In this document: in pieces, positions 26,648 through 40,029 of the stretch
Layout of the letters: every line of letters starts with the position of its first letter
Numbering within the stretch: position 1 is the first letter of the stretch
DNA from: Octopus vulgaris
Taxonomy: Eukaryota
NCBI GenBank assembly: GCA_951406725.2
Contig: OX597829.1
Coordinates: 9,672,001 to 9,736,000, forward strand
Direction: 5' to 3'
DNA: 64,000 nt
The notes under the pieces: generated by a model
The model's database searches: none
Told to the model about the DNA's origin: nothing
The model's input: the letters and a program-made list of their open reading frames with translations, nothing else
Program-made: the position numbers and the translations under genes

Positions 26648-27090
26648 TTTCTTCTTCTTCTTCTTATTCTTCTTATTATTTTTCTTCTTCTTTTTCTTCT
26701 TCTTCTTCTTCTTCTTCTTCTTCTTCTTCTTCTTCTTCTTCTTCTTCTTCTTCTTCTTCTTCTTCTTCTTCTTCTTTTTCTTCTTCTTCTTCTTTTTCTT
26801 CTTCTTCTTTTTCTTCTTCTTCTTCTTTTTCTTCTTCTTCTTCTTCTTGACTGGAGATAAATGACAACAGGTGCACCACCAGCAACAACAATAGCAACAA
26901 CAGCCACGATTACCTACCTCAACAACCACGAAAATCCACAACACCGCCGGCACCACCACCACCACCATCACCACCACCAACAACAACAACAACAACAACA
27001 ACAGCAACAACAACAACAGCCACAACATCATTATCAACTACATCGACAACTATTAGAACAATAACAACGATTACAACAACAGCAACAGTA
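26485..27090. repeat. (TTC)n/(TTA)n followed by (CAC)/(CAA)n microsatellites
   Basis: Seen directly; source of the poly-K/R/E/S/Q ORFs. Confidence 0.97.
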
Positions 27091-27208
27091 ACAAATAATC
27101 GAAAAACTGACGTTGAAGGAAACCTAACGTTTGTATCTGGAATGGTAAATGAACGGTTATATTTCTTGTACTAGCTGAGCTACGTATTATACTGTACCCA
27201 CAGAAAAA

Positions 27209-27404
27209 GGCGGTGGACTGGCATAATTATTAGCACACCAGCATTTCGTCCGTCTTTACGTTCTGAGTTCAAATTCCGCCGAGGTCGACTTAACCTTTCA
27301 TCCTTTTGGAGTCGACAAATTAAGTACCAGAGAAACACTGGAGTCTATGTAATTGACTAGTCCCCTCCCCCAAAATTGCAGGCCTTGTGCCTATAGTAGA
27401 AAGG

Positions 27405-27503
<99 letters not shown>

Positions 27504-27722
27504 ATTATTAAGGCGACGAACTGACAGAATCGTTAGCACACCGGAGAAAATGCTTAGCAGTATTTCGTCCGTCTTTATTTCTGGGTTCAAACTCCGCCGA
27601 GGTCGACTTTACCTTTCATCCTTTTGGGGTCGATAGATGAAGTACCAGCTGAACACTGGGCTTGATTTAATCGATTTATCCCTTCCTCGGAATTGCTGGC
27701 TTTTGCCAAATTTTGAAACTAT
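27209..27722 (+). mobile_element. Two head-to-tail SINE family D copies separated by (ATT/GTT)n
   Basis: Copies at 27209-27405 and 27512-27722, each with GTTCAAA B-box-like motif and CCTTTCATCCTTTTGG.GTCGA.A.AT.AAGTACCAG core. Confidence 0.9.
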
Positions 27723-28201
27723 ATCTACAGAATGCAATTTGTAGCTCCACCGACTAACATATGTGTTGCAGGTTCTGAACTATGGAAACTCAACCAGCAA
27801 CCCAACCAACCGACCATCAACAAAAAAAAAAAACCCAGCGAAATTAAAAACGACGACATTGACCATGACAAAATAAGCCAAACGATATTAGAGATAGGAA
27901 CTGAATCCCGATGAACAACCAGCTTGTTAATATAGACATTCGTATAGATATCTAATACGTACAGCTACAGACATCTGTACAGATGTACAACTCCATTAAT
28001 ATGTGTGCATGTATAGTTATACGCAGATGTGTATAATTAAGAGAGATGTCAGGATGATGTTGTCGATGAGTTTAATTTCATGAGGTGGAATTTTTGACAC
28101 AAGTACTTGCCCTCGAGTAGAAATTGAAACAGCTTTGCTTATTACGATCAATTAAGAGTTTACTTAGAATCGTCTACATGATACGCAAGCACACATACAC
28201 A

Positions 28202-28253
<52 letters not shown>

Positions 28254-28304
28254 TACACACACATATATATATATATACATATATACATGGATACGTATAT
28301 ATAT

Positions 28305-28713
28305 ACTCTTTTACTCTTTTACTTGTTTCAGTCATTTGTCTGCGGCCATGCTGAAGCACCGCCTTTAGTCGAGCAAATCGACCCTGGGACTTATTCTTTG
28401 TAAGCCCAGTACTTATTCTATCGGTCTGTTTTGCCGAACCGCTAAGTAACGGGGACGTAAACACACCAGCATCGGTTGTCAAACAATGCTAAGGGGACAA
28501 ACACAGACACACAAACACACACATACATATACATATATATATACATATATACGACAAGCTTCTTTCAGTTTCCGTCTACCAAATCCACTCACAAGGCTTT
28601 GGTTGGCCCGAGGCTATAATAGAAGACACTTACCCAAGGTGCCACGCAGTGGGACTGAACCCGGAACCATGCGGTTGGTAAACAAGCTACTTACCACACA
28701 GCCACTCCTGCGC
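28305..28713 (-). mobile_element. Full-length tRNA-derived SINE family C (CORE-like, internal microsatellite)
   Basis: Minus strand GCGCAGGAGTGGCTGTGTGGTAAG...GGTTCAGTCCC...CCTTGGGTAAGTGTCTTCT...; internal (TA)/(TG) tract; tail ...GACTGAAACAAGTAAAAGAGTAAAAGAG. Colinear with 60473-60878. Confidence 0.92.
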
Positions 28714-28992
28714 TATAGATGTATATATATATGTGTGTGTGTGTGCGTGTGTATACACATATATACATGGATACGTATATATATATATATATATATATAA
28801 TATTACGAAACGTACGTAGTCTTTTTACTTATATATTGCTTATTCATTTGTTGTACTTATTGTGATCAAGTTAAATGTTTTAGAATATATTTTATTTTTT
28901 CTTTATGATTTCGTTTATGTCTATCATTGTTTGAATTGCATAATAGTGGTTTTTCTCTAATTTATATATTTCATATATTTATATATGTAAGC

Positions 28993-29042
28993 ATATTTAT
29001 GAGTGTATGTGTGGATGCATTTATGAGTATGTATAATGCGTC

Positions 29043-29077
<35 letters not shown>

Positions 29078-29225
29078 AAATATATTTATGAGTGTATGCG
29101 TGGATACATATATGAATATGTATAATGCGTCTCTCTCTCTCTCTATATATATATATATGTGTGTGTGTGTGTAAATATATTTATGAGTGTATGTGTGGAT
29201 ACATACATGTGTATGTATAATGCGT
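28993..29225. repeat. ~90-bp tandem repeat, about 2.5 units
   Basis: ATATTTATGAGTGTATGYGTGGAT...ATGTATAATGCGT recurs three times, separated by variable (TA)/(TG) tracts. Confidence 0.85.
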
Positions 29226-29423
29226 GTGTGTGCGTGCATGCGTGCGCACACGTATGTGTCCATATGCATTTTATCTACAGAAGACTTTTAGTTCATTATG
29301 TAACATCCTAAGAAAAGTCACCGTTTCAATGCAAAGGGGACATCTTTGTTTTCCTGATGTACACATTTCTTTCTTTCTTCCTTTCTTTCTTTCTTCCTTC
29401 CTTTCTTTCTTTCTTTCTTTCTC

Positions 29424-29459
<36 letters not shown>

Positions 29460-30019
29460 TCAGTTCTCTCCTTCTTTCTGCCTGTTTGATACATGCCCGC
29501 ATTCGTACATCGTTCCACGCTCAGGAAGGAAAAAATGTAGCCCGAGGTTGTGAAATGTTGGGGGGAAATACCCACTTTGAGGCTTGCTTTTATTATTCTG
29601 ATTAAAACGCAATGATACGTGTGGCGCCACTTGCAAAAATGTTGCGGGTTGCTCTCGTGGAGTGATATCAGATTGCTGTAAGGCAATTTGATATTCTTAC
29701 TTCCTTAAAACAAATTGTATAAGTGGTACATATTTATTGATCTTAGTGTTATGAAAGACAATGTCGACATAACTTCTTGTTGGGTTAGGGTTAGGGTTGC
29801 GAAGATTAAGTGCTAGTGCTGTTACCGTTGCTGATGTCGTTGATGTTACTTCCATTATTACTGTTGTCGCTGCTGCTGCTGCTGGTGTTGTTGTTGTTGT
29901 TTTATGAAACAGATAAGAGTCAGGTGTGATATGTGACAATTCGTCAAGTTGTTGGTTCATTTTCTTTAGTGCGATGTCCCATAATGCATAGCAGATCTCA
30001 CGAAATCAAAAGTGCATTG

Positions 30020-31670
30020 TAACGCAGTGCAGTGCAGTGTAGTGTAGTGAGAGGGTCGTCAGTGGGAGTGAAATGTTGCGCAACGAAGTTTAGACCAGGG
30101 AATTCCACTACGGTACAGTGTATTTATATATAGTGCTGGATGATTAGAGCAATGCTATGCGATATTTAGAGGAGTGAGAAAAAGATAAAAGCTAATTTAC
30201 ATACTGTAGTGTGGTGACGTGAAATATTGTATATAATGGTTCAATTAAACATTGTATAGTGCAGTAGAGCATGATGTTTAAGGTAGCAAGACATTCAGAG
30301 TGCATAATAATAATAAGTAGCTTTGTGTAGTGAGGTATCCAATTGTTCAGATTAATATACATAGTATGGTGAAATGAAGTGTATAGAACAAGGTAGCATT
30401 GAATCGTGGCACTCTGTCGGTTACGACGACGAGGGTTCCAGTTGATTCGACCAACAAAACAGCCTGCTCGTGAAATTAACGTGCAAGTGGCTGAGCACTC
30501 CACAGACACATGTACCCTTAACGTAGTTCTCAGGGAGATTCAGCGTGTGACAAGGCTGGTCCATTTGAATTACATGCACAACAGAAACAGGAAGTAAGAG
30601 TGAGAAAAAGGTGTGGTGAAAGAGTACAGCAGGGTTTGCCACCACCCCCTGCTGGAGCTTCGTGGAGCTTTAGGTGTTTTCACGCAATAAGCACTCAAAA
30701 CGCCTGGTCTGGGAATCGAAACCGCGATCCTACGACCGCGAGTCCGCTGCGCTAACCACTGGGCCATTGCACCTCCGCAGTATTCTATAGTTCAGGATGG
30801 TATAGCATGGAGTTGTATAACGGTGGCGTATTATGAGGTAATGCTTATATATTGTATGGCGGTAGTATGGAGTATGGCAGTGTTTGAGTATTGAGTATTG
30901 AGTTTTATTGATGTTGAGTATAGTAGTACAGGTTTGCAATGCATGGTAATGTTGGGAAGAGTATGGTAGTGTTGATGTGTTTAGTGTCAACATGTTGCAT
31001 TGTTTTGTCGATGTGGCGTATGACAGTATTGGTACGGTTTGGGGTGTTTGGCGGTGTCGGAGAGGTGCATTGTAGTGTTGGTATAACACATGGTAATCTC
31101 AGTGCGTAATGTATGACAAAGTTTGAATGATGTATGGTAGTGCTTTAATGACGTATGATACTACTGGTGTGATATTTGGCTGTATCGGTATGGTGTATGG
31201 TAATGTAGGTGTAAAGTCTGATACATTGGTATGTGATGCATGGCAGTGTCGCTGTGTTGCGTATGACATTGTCTCTGTGATGTATTACAATGCCAGGTCG
31301 TTGTACTGTCGTGTTCATGGGAAGTACATTGTATAATTGGAGTGGTGTTTTGTACTAATTGTATGATGTATGATGGTGTTAGTGCTGTGTATCGTGGTAT
31401 CGGTGTGGTAGTGGTAGTGGTGGTGGTGGTGCTCCTGCTGGTATTGGTGGATATGTGGTGGTAGTAGGTATAGTGATGTTGGTGTGGTATTGGTGGTGTT
31501 ACTGCTATGCATGTTAGTATCGGTGTGGTGTATGATAGTGGTGAATGGTGGTGGTAGAGGCGGTGGTGGTGGTGGTAGTGGCGGTGGTGGCGGCGGTGGT
31601 GGTGGTTATAGTGGTGGTGGTGGTGGTTGTGGCGGTTGTGGCGGCGGCCGTGATGGTGTTGGTGTGATGT
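30020..31670. repeat. Highly degenerate (TAGTG/TGGTG)-like low-complexity tract interrupted by a SINE
   Basis: GCAGTGCAGTGTAGTGTAGTG seed and a persistent G/T-rich ~5-nt periodicity on both sides of 30407-30776, grading into (GGT)n. Confidence 0.65.
30407..30776 (-). mobile_element. Full-length tRNA-derived SINE (head A + tail 1)
   Basis: Minus strand GGAGGTGCAATGGCCCAGTGGTTAGCGCAGCGGACTCGCGGTCGTAGGATCGCGGTTTCGATTCCC...CCGACAGAGTGCCA. Colinear with 21239-21563. Confidence 0.92.
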
Positions 31671-31870
31671 AGTGATCTACAATATCATGTTCCATGACAT
31701 ATCCTGTATTTGTTAAGACACTGATTATATGTAAATCTTTGTCCAATGAGAATTTCGTGCAATGCTACATATGCCTTTGTTCAATACAGACATGGCTTAT
31801 CAATTCTTTTCTTACACGTTTCCTTTCATGTGCCAATCTTCAGTTCATTTGATATGATTAATACATCTTA

Positions 31871-31937
<67 letters not shown>

Positions 31938-32747
31938 CAAAAAAAAAAAAAGAAGAATAACAATAAATAAATGTTAAAAACAAGAAGTCTATGTATATTG
32001 TCTGAAATAAATATAGTTTTATTTCATAATTCAAAACTAGTATTAAGTTATAAAGAAATTCTGAAAAAAAGTACCAATATTAATAAAGAAAAGAAAATGG
32101 TAAAATGGAGTAACTGCATCTTACAGAAGAAGTGTCTTAGACTGTCGTGAATTGAATCACTTACATTGGTAGATTCTTTGATATAATTGAATTGTGATTC
32201 TAACGTAGTTCCTCTTCTGTACCAAATTTTCTTTCTTTTCTTTTTTAATTTTGCTTTTTAGGTTTCTTTAAAATAGGTATTGTCGTTCCTTTTACGATGT
32301 GCACTTCATTTATATATATATATAAATATTAAAAAAGGAAAAGAGAATCATGTAAAATATATAGGAAAACAGGGCTGACCTGAAGCAAAACAAGAACAAG
32401 AATATCAATAATATATATGTTAGTTCCTACCTTTAGCACACAAGTAAAACTTATCCAGGTGATGGCCTTTGTCATTAATTCAAATCCTGTCTATTTAAGT
32501 TACATATCTAATCTATATCTTAGTGATAAATATGAAGTAAAATCTAGCCACAAACACGAATTAAAACATTATTGCAGATCCAGATTGACATTTCTTGGTT
32601 AAGTATTTTTGTAATGGCCGACACAGTCGGGAAACGGGTAAACGTTAATAGTTGAACTGATGCAATGTTGGGTTTTATATTTGAGCTAGGACATACTATG
32701 CATTCACACATGCATATCTACATCTGTATCTATCTATTTATATATCC

Positions 32748-32871
<124 letters not shown>

Positions 32872-33061
32872 GTGTGTCTGCCTGTCTATCTATCTATTTA
32901 TCTACCTACCTCTCTGTCTGTCATGTCTGTCTGAGTGTCTACATATATATGTGTATGAATTTACATACCTACAGGCAAACAAACACATACATAGATACGT
33001 ACATACATGCAAAATTTATACACAGATACACATATATGTGTGCGCATATAGCGTATTATTC

Positions 33062-33107
<46 letters not shown>

Positions 33108-33399
33108 CTATGTTTGTGTGTGTTTGTTTATATATATATATATATACAAACACACGCACATACACAGATGCATAAATACATGCGTGCATGCATGCATCCA
33201 TCCATCCATCCATCCATCCATACATACATACATACATACATACATACATACATACATACATACATACATACATACATACATACATACATAAATACATACT
33301 TGATGATTGTCTCATCTTGTCAGATGACTGCCGTCTCAAATTAAGACATCTGTGCGTCAGTGGATTTAAGTGACAACACTCTTCTCTCATTCCCGGTCG

Positions 33400-33658
33400 C
33401 CATAACAGGTTCCAGTGACAGGCGTTGCGAGATGACTGCAAGTTTTATCTTTCTCCTTCAAGAGCTGCCTTTCCCCATGGCTCTTTGAAAATAACAGGAA
33501 CCTTCTCTAGTTAACCCAAAGATGGGGCTCCAACAGGTACAACGGTTTCGGAGCTGAAAGGATCTCGAAGTAAGGGTATTTGGGGGTTTGAGTCCACAAC
33601 TCCAAAACTCGCGAGCTAGAATCTCATCAACTGATGCAGTCTAATGTCATGCCCAAGC
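33400..33658 (+). mobile_element. Degenerate retroelement-derived repeat (RTE 5'-region-like)
   Basis: CCCAAAGATGGGGCTCCAACAGGTAC...GATGCAGTCTAATGTCATGCCCAAG resembles, from memory, an abundant RTE-related repeat. Not verifiable here. Confidence 0.4.
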
Positions 33659-34043
33659 CATACATACATACATACATACATACATACATACATACACACA
33701 TACATACACACATACATATATACATATATACATACATACATACATACATACATTACATATACATACATACATTACATACATTACATACATACATTACATA
33801 CATTACATACATACATTACATACATACATTACATACATACATACAAGCTTATAGACATGCATATGCATTTACATACACACATACACACACACGCACGCAC
33901 GAACACACGCACACACACACATATATATAATTACATATATAGACAGACACACACACTGATAGATATATAGACAGACAGACGGACGGACGGACAGATAGAT
34001 AGATAGATAGATAGAGATGTATAGACTGAGAGACGGGCGGACG

Positions 34044-34113
<70 letters not shown>

Positions 34114-35818
34114 GTGCATGGAATTTAATACTTTTCTGGTCTGTTATTTATCGAACACAAAATAGATAGAATGGTAAGTTGACTTTAGCTAAATTTGAAC
34201 TCAAATTAGAGGAACAAATACAATGAGAAATTCTATCCCACGTTCTAACGATTCTTTCACCCAGTTTTCGATACAAAGTAAACACCATTAATATGAAGGG
34301 AGAGGTCAGTTGATGCGATCATATCACACACCCTGTTTCTATCCAAATGACCCAGTCTGTTGTCAATAGAAAGAAAAATAAGTTTAGCGCTTGAGAGAAA
34401 AATATATCATAATTATTATCTCTCTCTTTTCCCTTCTCTGTTTCTCTCTATATATCTCTTTCTCCTCTTCTCAACTCATTTTCTTGATTTTCTCCATCTC
34501 TTCTTCCTTTCTTTCATTCTTTCTTCCTTTCTTTCTTCCTTCCTTTCTTTCTCTCTTTACTCCATTCCTAGCGATGTGAAGAATAGGAACAACGACGATT
34601 GCAATGACGACATCCACCACCACAACAACATCAGTGGTGGTGGTGGTGGTGATGATAAGGTGGTGGAGGCGGTGGTTTGTTGGTGGTGGTTCTGTTGATG
34701 GTGATTACGATATTAGAGAGCGGAGGTCATGCTGTTGGCTAGTGAGATATTTGTGGTGAAGACGGCGGCGATGGCGGTGGCGGTTGCGGCGGTGGTGGTG
34801 CGGAGTGATATGGGGGGGGGGTTAATGACGGTGATGATGTAAAGTGGGAGGAGGATGAGGAAGGTGCAGCAAGAGGTACTGATGGCGACGATGATTGTGA
34901 AAGCAGCGGTGATGAGGTTGGTGGGGATGTCTGTGAGGACGGCAGTGGTGGTGGTAGTGATGGTGGTGGTGGTGGTGCTGACAATGTTGTTGCTGCTGCT
35001 GTTGTTGTTGTTGTTGATGATGATGATGATGATGATGGTTTTAGAGCCGTAAATATTTCAGTATCAAATTGTATCTAGTTATATAATATGAATCTATCTC
35101 CTACAATCTTTGAATTTCAGAGTCGAATAAAAAAATAAAAAATTGAAACAAAATAAAAAAAATTAAAATAAAATTAAATTAAAATTAAAATCAAGATGCA
35201 TTAATATCATTGGTTTAGATATACGTGACTAAATGTAAGTTCCTGTCCCTCTTTCTGACCAAAGGATCAAATTCTATCATCATCATCATCATCATCATTG
35301 GCGTCGTCGTCTTTGCCTTTTTCGTTGTCGTCGTCATCATCATGTTTATTAGCATCAAGTACTACTGTTATAGTTAGGGAATTTCGTAACAATAGACGAA
35401 ATATTGTCTTGGTGGTATTTATTATTTAGCAGAATTTTGACAATAGATGAAAAAGTTTGATGAGGAAAGGAACTGGAAACGTAACAAGGATAGGCAAGTA
35501 TCCCTCTTTTGTTTTCTTTTTGTTTTTTTTTGTTTTGTTTTTTTGTGGCGGCCACGGTGTTGGTGGGTTTTTTGTGGAGGGGAAAGGATGGTGTCTTTAA
35601 ATATGATGACTTGTATGGATGACTGTCTATCTGTGGGTGCGCGAGCGTGTGTGTTTCTGTGTGTGTCTGTGTCCTACAAACGGAAATTTCAACTTCAATT
35701 TAAAACAATCAGACACTGCCTCAACATCATAGTTATAGGTCCAACGAAACAAAATGGTTGACAATCCGCCTTCGCCCCAAAAATGATAACAATAATAATA
35801 ATGATAATAATAATAATG

Positions 35819-35876
<58 letters not shown>

Positions 35877-36652
35877 GGATAATAATAATAATAATAATAA
35901 TAATAATCAAAATTCATTAAATTAAGATAATAAACAGAGAGAAACTCATCAATAACAGGATAGAAAATTATCTTATTTTTGGCCCCAGGCCAGCAACTTC
36001 GAGGAAGGCAGTCAGTCGATTACCTGACCCTAGTGTACATCTGGTACTTAATTTATCGACCCTGACAGAATGAAAGACAAAAATCAAGCCACGGCAGAAT
36101 TTAAACTTAGAACGTAAAGACGAAAGAAATCTCTCTAAGCATCTTGCTTGGCATGCTTACGATTCTTCCAGCTCTCCGCTTTATCTCATTTTAAATATTA
36201 GATTTCATATCTAATTAAGACAACCTAGTGGCTTGTGCTTTTGCCGTTCTTATGTCAAAGAATGAAGAGTTAAATCGTATCTCAATATATTAAGCCAATA
36301 ATTCTTTGACTAACAGATGCCAACCCCTATCTTCAAAATATTAATAAGATTCTTTTGCTCTTCACCCTTATTACTAATGGGGTTGACAAATTAGAGTTTG
36401 CATCAGATTTTTTCTCTTTGTCAAGATAGTAAACAAAAGGTTTAAGGCCATGATAACTTTATTAAATATTGTAATTTATCTTTCTTCTTTTCAATCAGCT
36501 CAGTTTTCCCACGCCAACAGATTGTATTAAAGGCTAAGTCTTTTGTTTCACATCGTGACATGCTAATTTATCTCGTTCGGCCTACTAAAGTAGTAGCCTA
36601 ATTCTCCCTCCGTTCGCTCTCTACCGTCTAATACACACACACACATCTGTAT

Positions 36653-36723
<71 letters not shown>

Positions 36724-36898
36724 TTTTAAATAAGCAGAAAATGGAGAAAGCTTTTGATCAAATAAACGATTGACCAACATCGGTTAATTATTTTTAAATA
36801 CAAAACTGTATTTAATTGCTATAAAAAAATAATTAACCGATGTTGGTCAATCGTTTATTTGATCAAAAGCTTTTCTCCATTTTCTGCTTATTTTAAAT
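36724..36898. repeat. Near-perfect inverted repeat, ~72-bp arms, ~29-nt spacer
   Basis: AAATAAGCAGAAAATGGAGAAAGCTTTTGATCAAATAAACGATTGACCAACATCGGTTAATTATTTTT and its reverse complement differ only by single-base indels in A/T runs. Confidence 0.95.
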
Positions 36899-37072
36899 TT
36901 GATTCCTGATAAACTCTTGTTTATTCAGTTATTACCTGTACCCTATGAACAAAGTCTGCTTGCATACCCATGCCCAGGGTTAACATAGGTAAATGATACC
37001 GGCAATAAGAACGGATATTCTTATCGCTTAAACGGTTTTTCCAACCGCTAACTTTGCTTACCTTTGACATAT

Positions 37073-37162
<90 letters not shown>

Positions 37163-37780
37163 TAGACGTATCAAGCATACTCCTAAGAATCAGAGATTAT
37201 TGTAATTTATAGCTGAATACGTGGATCAACGGTTGACCTGAAGGTAAACAACGACTAAAGCAATATAAAAATCAAAATCAAAATAACCGCAATCTCACTT
37301 TATAAGATGACTCAATCCCTGAGATTATGTAGTCCAGCTATCAGCTAGAAATAGTTACGAAATCGCTCGCCCATCAATTCTTTCAGCCTACACTCTCTCA
37401 TTTTCTCTTCCACCCCTTTTCTCACATTCTCTTTCTTCCACTTCACTGTCTCTCCTTGCTGTCTTACATTCATGCCAGTTAATTTCATTCCTGGCGACAA
37501 AAGGAATTGGTACAACGATGGCAATGACAACGGCTACTTCCATCACACACCACAATGTCGTTTGTGGTGGTGGGGGGGGGGATAATGATGGGCAACGGAA
37601 TTAGAACAACAGAATTCAAGTGAATATAGAATTCCGTTTGAAATTCCGATAACATTACTGAAAACGACTAACACCTGAAGAAGGCCAGAAGGCACAACGG
37701 CCTAAAAGCTGCCACTATAACAACCAAGTTAAGAACGCTAACCTGAATATCGTAAAAAAAATGAAGATGATGACGACGAC

Positions 37781-37816
<36 letters not shown>

Positions 37817-38010
37817 AATGATGATGATAATGATAAAAAAATCAACAACAATTGTTAGTGATAGTATTATTCTGTAAGAAAAAAAAATATATATATATAC
37901 ACACTCAACTTCCGACAAAGTAATTACGATTACTTTTGGTAGAGGAATACTGATTGAAGTTATCGTAATATGCCACTGGTACTTATTTTAGCTATTCGGG
38001 GAAAATTTTA

Positions 38011-38085
<75 letters not shown>

Positions 38086-39274
38086 TCAAAGTCATGTTAT
38101 TGCATTTAGATTGAGTTTCATATATTTATATAAACTTTCTGTGTTTTTGAAGAAGAAATAAAATGGTTTAGAACAATAACGCAAGAGATTTGAAACAGCT
38201 ATTGCGCGGTTTGAAATGAGATGCCCGAGAAAAAAAAAAACAAACAGAAATGTGTAGAGAACATGGATGTCATTGATTTTTGGAAACTAATGCTTTACCA
38301 ATTAGACTACATTTTCATTCAATTCTGTAAAACATTTTCTAAAAACGATAATGGCAATGTGAGTAGAGTCTGAAAGTGGTTGGAACCATACTGATTGGCA
38401 AAGTTGTGTACTACAAATATCTCAGCAGGGTATTAAAGAAAACAAGCGTGTGGGGGGTGATACGGAAGGGATAGAATTAATGGTTTAAGGCGGAGAATTT
38501 CTTAGAAAGGTATGAAATTAATAATTTCTTTTTAATTAAAAGCTAATTAAATCCCTTTTTATTTATTTACTTTTTTTAATGAAATATATATACATAAAAA
38601 ATAACAGAGATTAAATAAATTTTTGGAATTTTTCCTCGAAATAAATCGGAGCAAAAATTTAATTTAAACAAAAATGGTGACATGGGTAATACAAAAAATA
38701 ACAGAAAGAAAGAAGCAGATTGTTAACCTATTGCGAACAATGAATGTACCGGGTAGTGAAAGAGAGAGGCCAAAAGTTAGAGATAGAGAGGGGGGGGAGA
38801 AAAGAAGTGAGAAGGAAGGAGTGGAAGATTGGAGAGAGGAAGTTTGGATTCTGTGTATTCAATAATAGGTGTGTTAAAGTGCGAGCAAGGAAAAAAAAAA
38901 AGAGAATCAAAAGAAGAAACGAAACAGAAGTAAACCGAAAAATGTAACTTTGTGAAATGACAAACAATATAAAGTATGGGGTGGGGAACGAGGCAGCGAG
39001 GAGTGGGGTGGAAGGAAAGAGGAGCGAACGCTGGAAAATAGAAATGAGAGAATTAAATAAACAAAAACATCGTCACAAGTTTTAAAAAAATACAACTCGA
39101 TCTTGTTTTTGCGTTATCTTCATCACTTAAATAATCAACATCATTTTAATCATCATCATAATCATCATCATTTTAATCCATCTCATTATCGTCAGTTTAA
39201 TCCTCCTCCTCCCCTTCATCATCATCATCATCATTATCATCATCATCATTTTAATTATCATTATCACCTTGATC

Positions 39275-39882
39275 TAATATAGGCTCAAGGCCAAAAATTT
39301 GTGGAGAGGGATTGATCGATTACCATGTCCCCAGCACATGACTAGTCCTTTATTTTATCGACCCCATAAAAAAGAAATGGCAAAGCTGACCTCGAAATAA
39401 ATACCACAAGACGTTCTCCCGTTTCTTACACGATTCTTCTAATCCAGTGCAATAATAACACAAAATAATAATGGCTTCAAACTTTGGCACAAGGTCAACG
39501 ATTTGAGGAGTAAGGACTAGACAATTGCGCCGATCCCAGTACTTCCATGGTACTTTATTTCATTGAACGCGAAAGGATGAAACGCAAAGTTGTCTTTGGC
39601 GAAATTTGAGCTCAGAACATAAAAAGCCGGAAGACAAGACATGACGCTAAACACGTTGTCTTACGAGGTAACAATTTTACCTAGGCACAAGGTCTGGAAT
39701 TTGAGGGAAGGGGGATTGTCGATTACATCGACCCCAGTGCGTAACTGGTGCTTAATTTATCGACCCCGAAAGGAGGGAAGGCTGAGTCGATCTCGGCGGA
39801 ATTCGAACTCAAAGCGTAAGGACGGACGAAATGCCACTAAGCATTTCGCCCGGCGTGCTGACGATTCTGCCAGTTCTCCGCC
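39275..39882 (-). mobile_element. Three tandem SINE family D copies
   Basis: Copies at ~39275-39450, 39472-39665 and 39675-39882. The last is best preserved (rc GGCGGAGAACTGGCAGAATCGTCAGCACGCCGGGCGAAATGCTTAG) and abuts (AAT)n. Confidence 0.85.
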
Positions 39883-39945
<63 letters not shown>

Positions 39946-40029
39946 GTTTCACTTTATTAGCCAGAGGGCGCAACGTGTGCAAGAAACAAAGGTTTCACGA
40001 CGTGTGGTTAGGTACTCATAAATAAAGAC

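Noticed and set aside
26861-27064. His/Gln-rich ORF resembling a transcription-factor linker
   Set aside because: Pure CAC/CAA repeat adjoining (TTC)n; no flanking domain or convincing splice sites.
29781-29798. GGGTTAGGGTTAGGGTT telomere-like motif
   Set aside because: Fewer than three units; not a telomere or a meaningful interstitial array.
30700-30776. tRNA gene
   Set aside because: The A/B-box head continues into a SINE body found in several copies and lacks a proper acceptor stem and T-run terminator; the same holds for the other heads.
39440-39460. miR-92-like seed (TATTGCACT on the minus strand)
   Set aside because: Lies at the edge of a SINE remnant, and the rest of the mature sequence and hairpin are absent.
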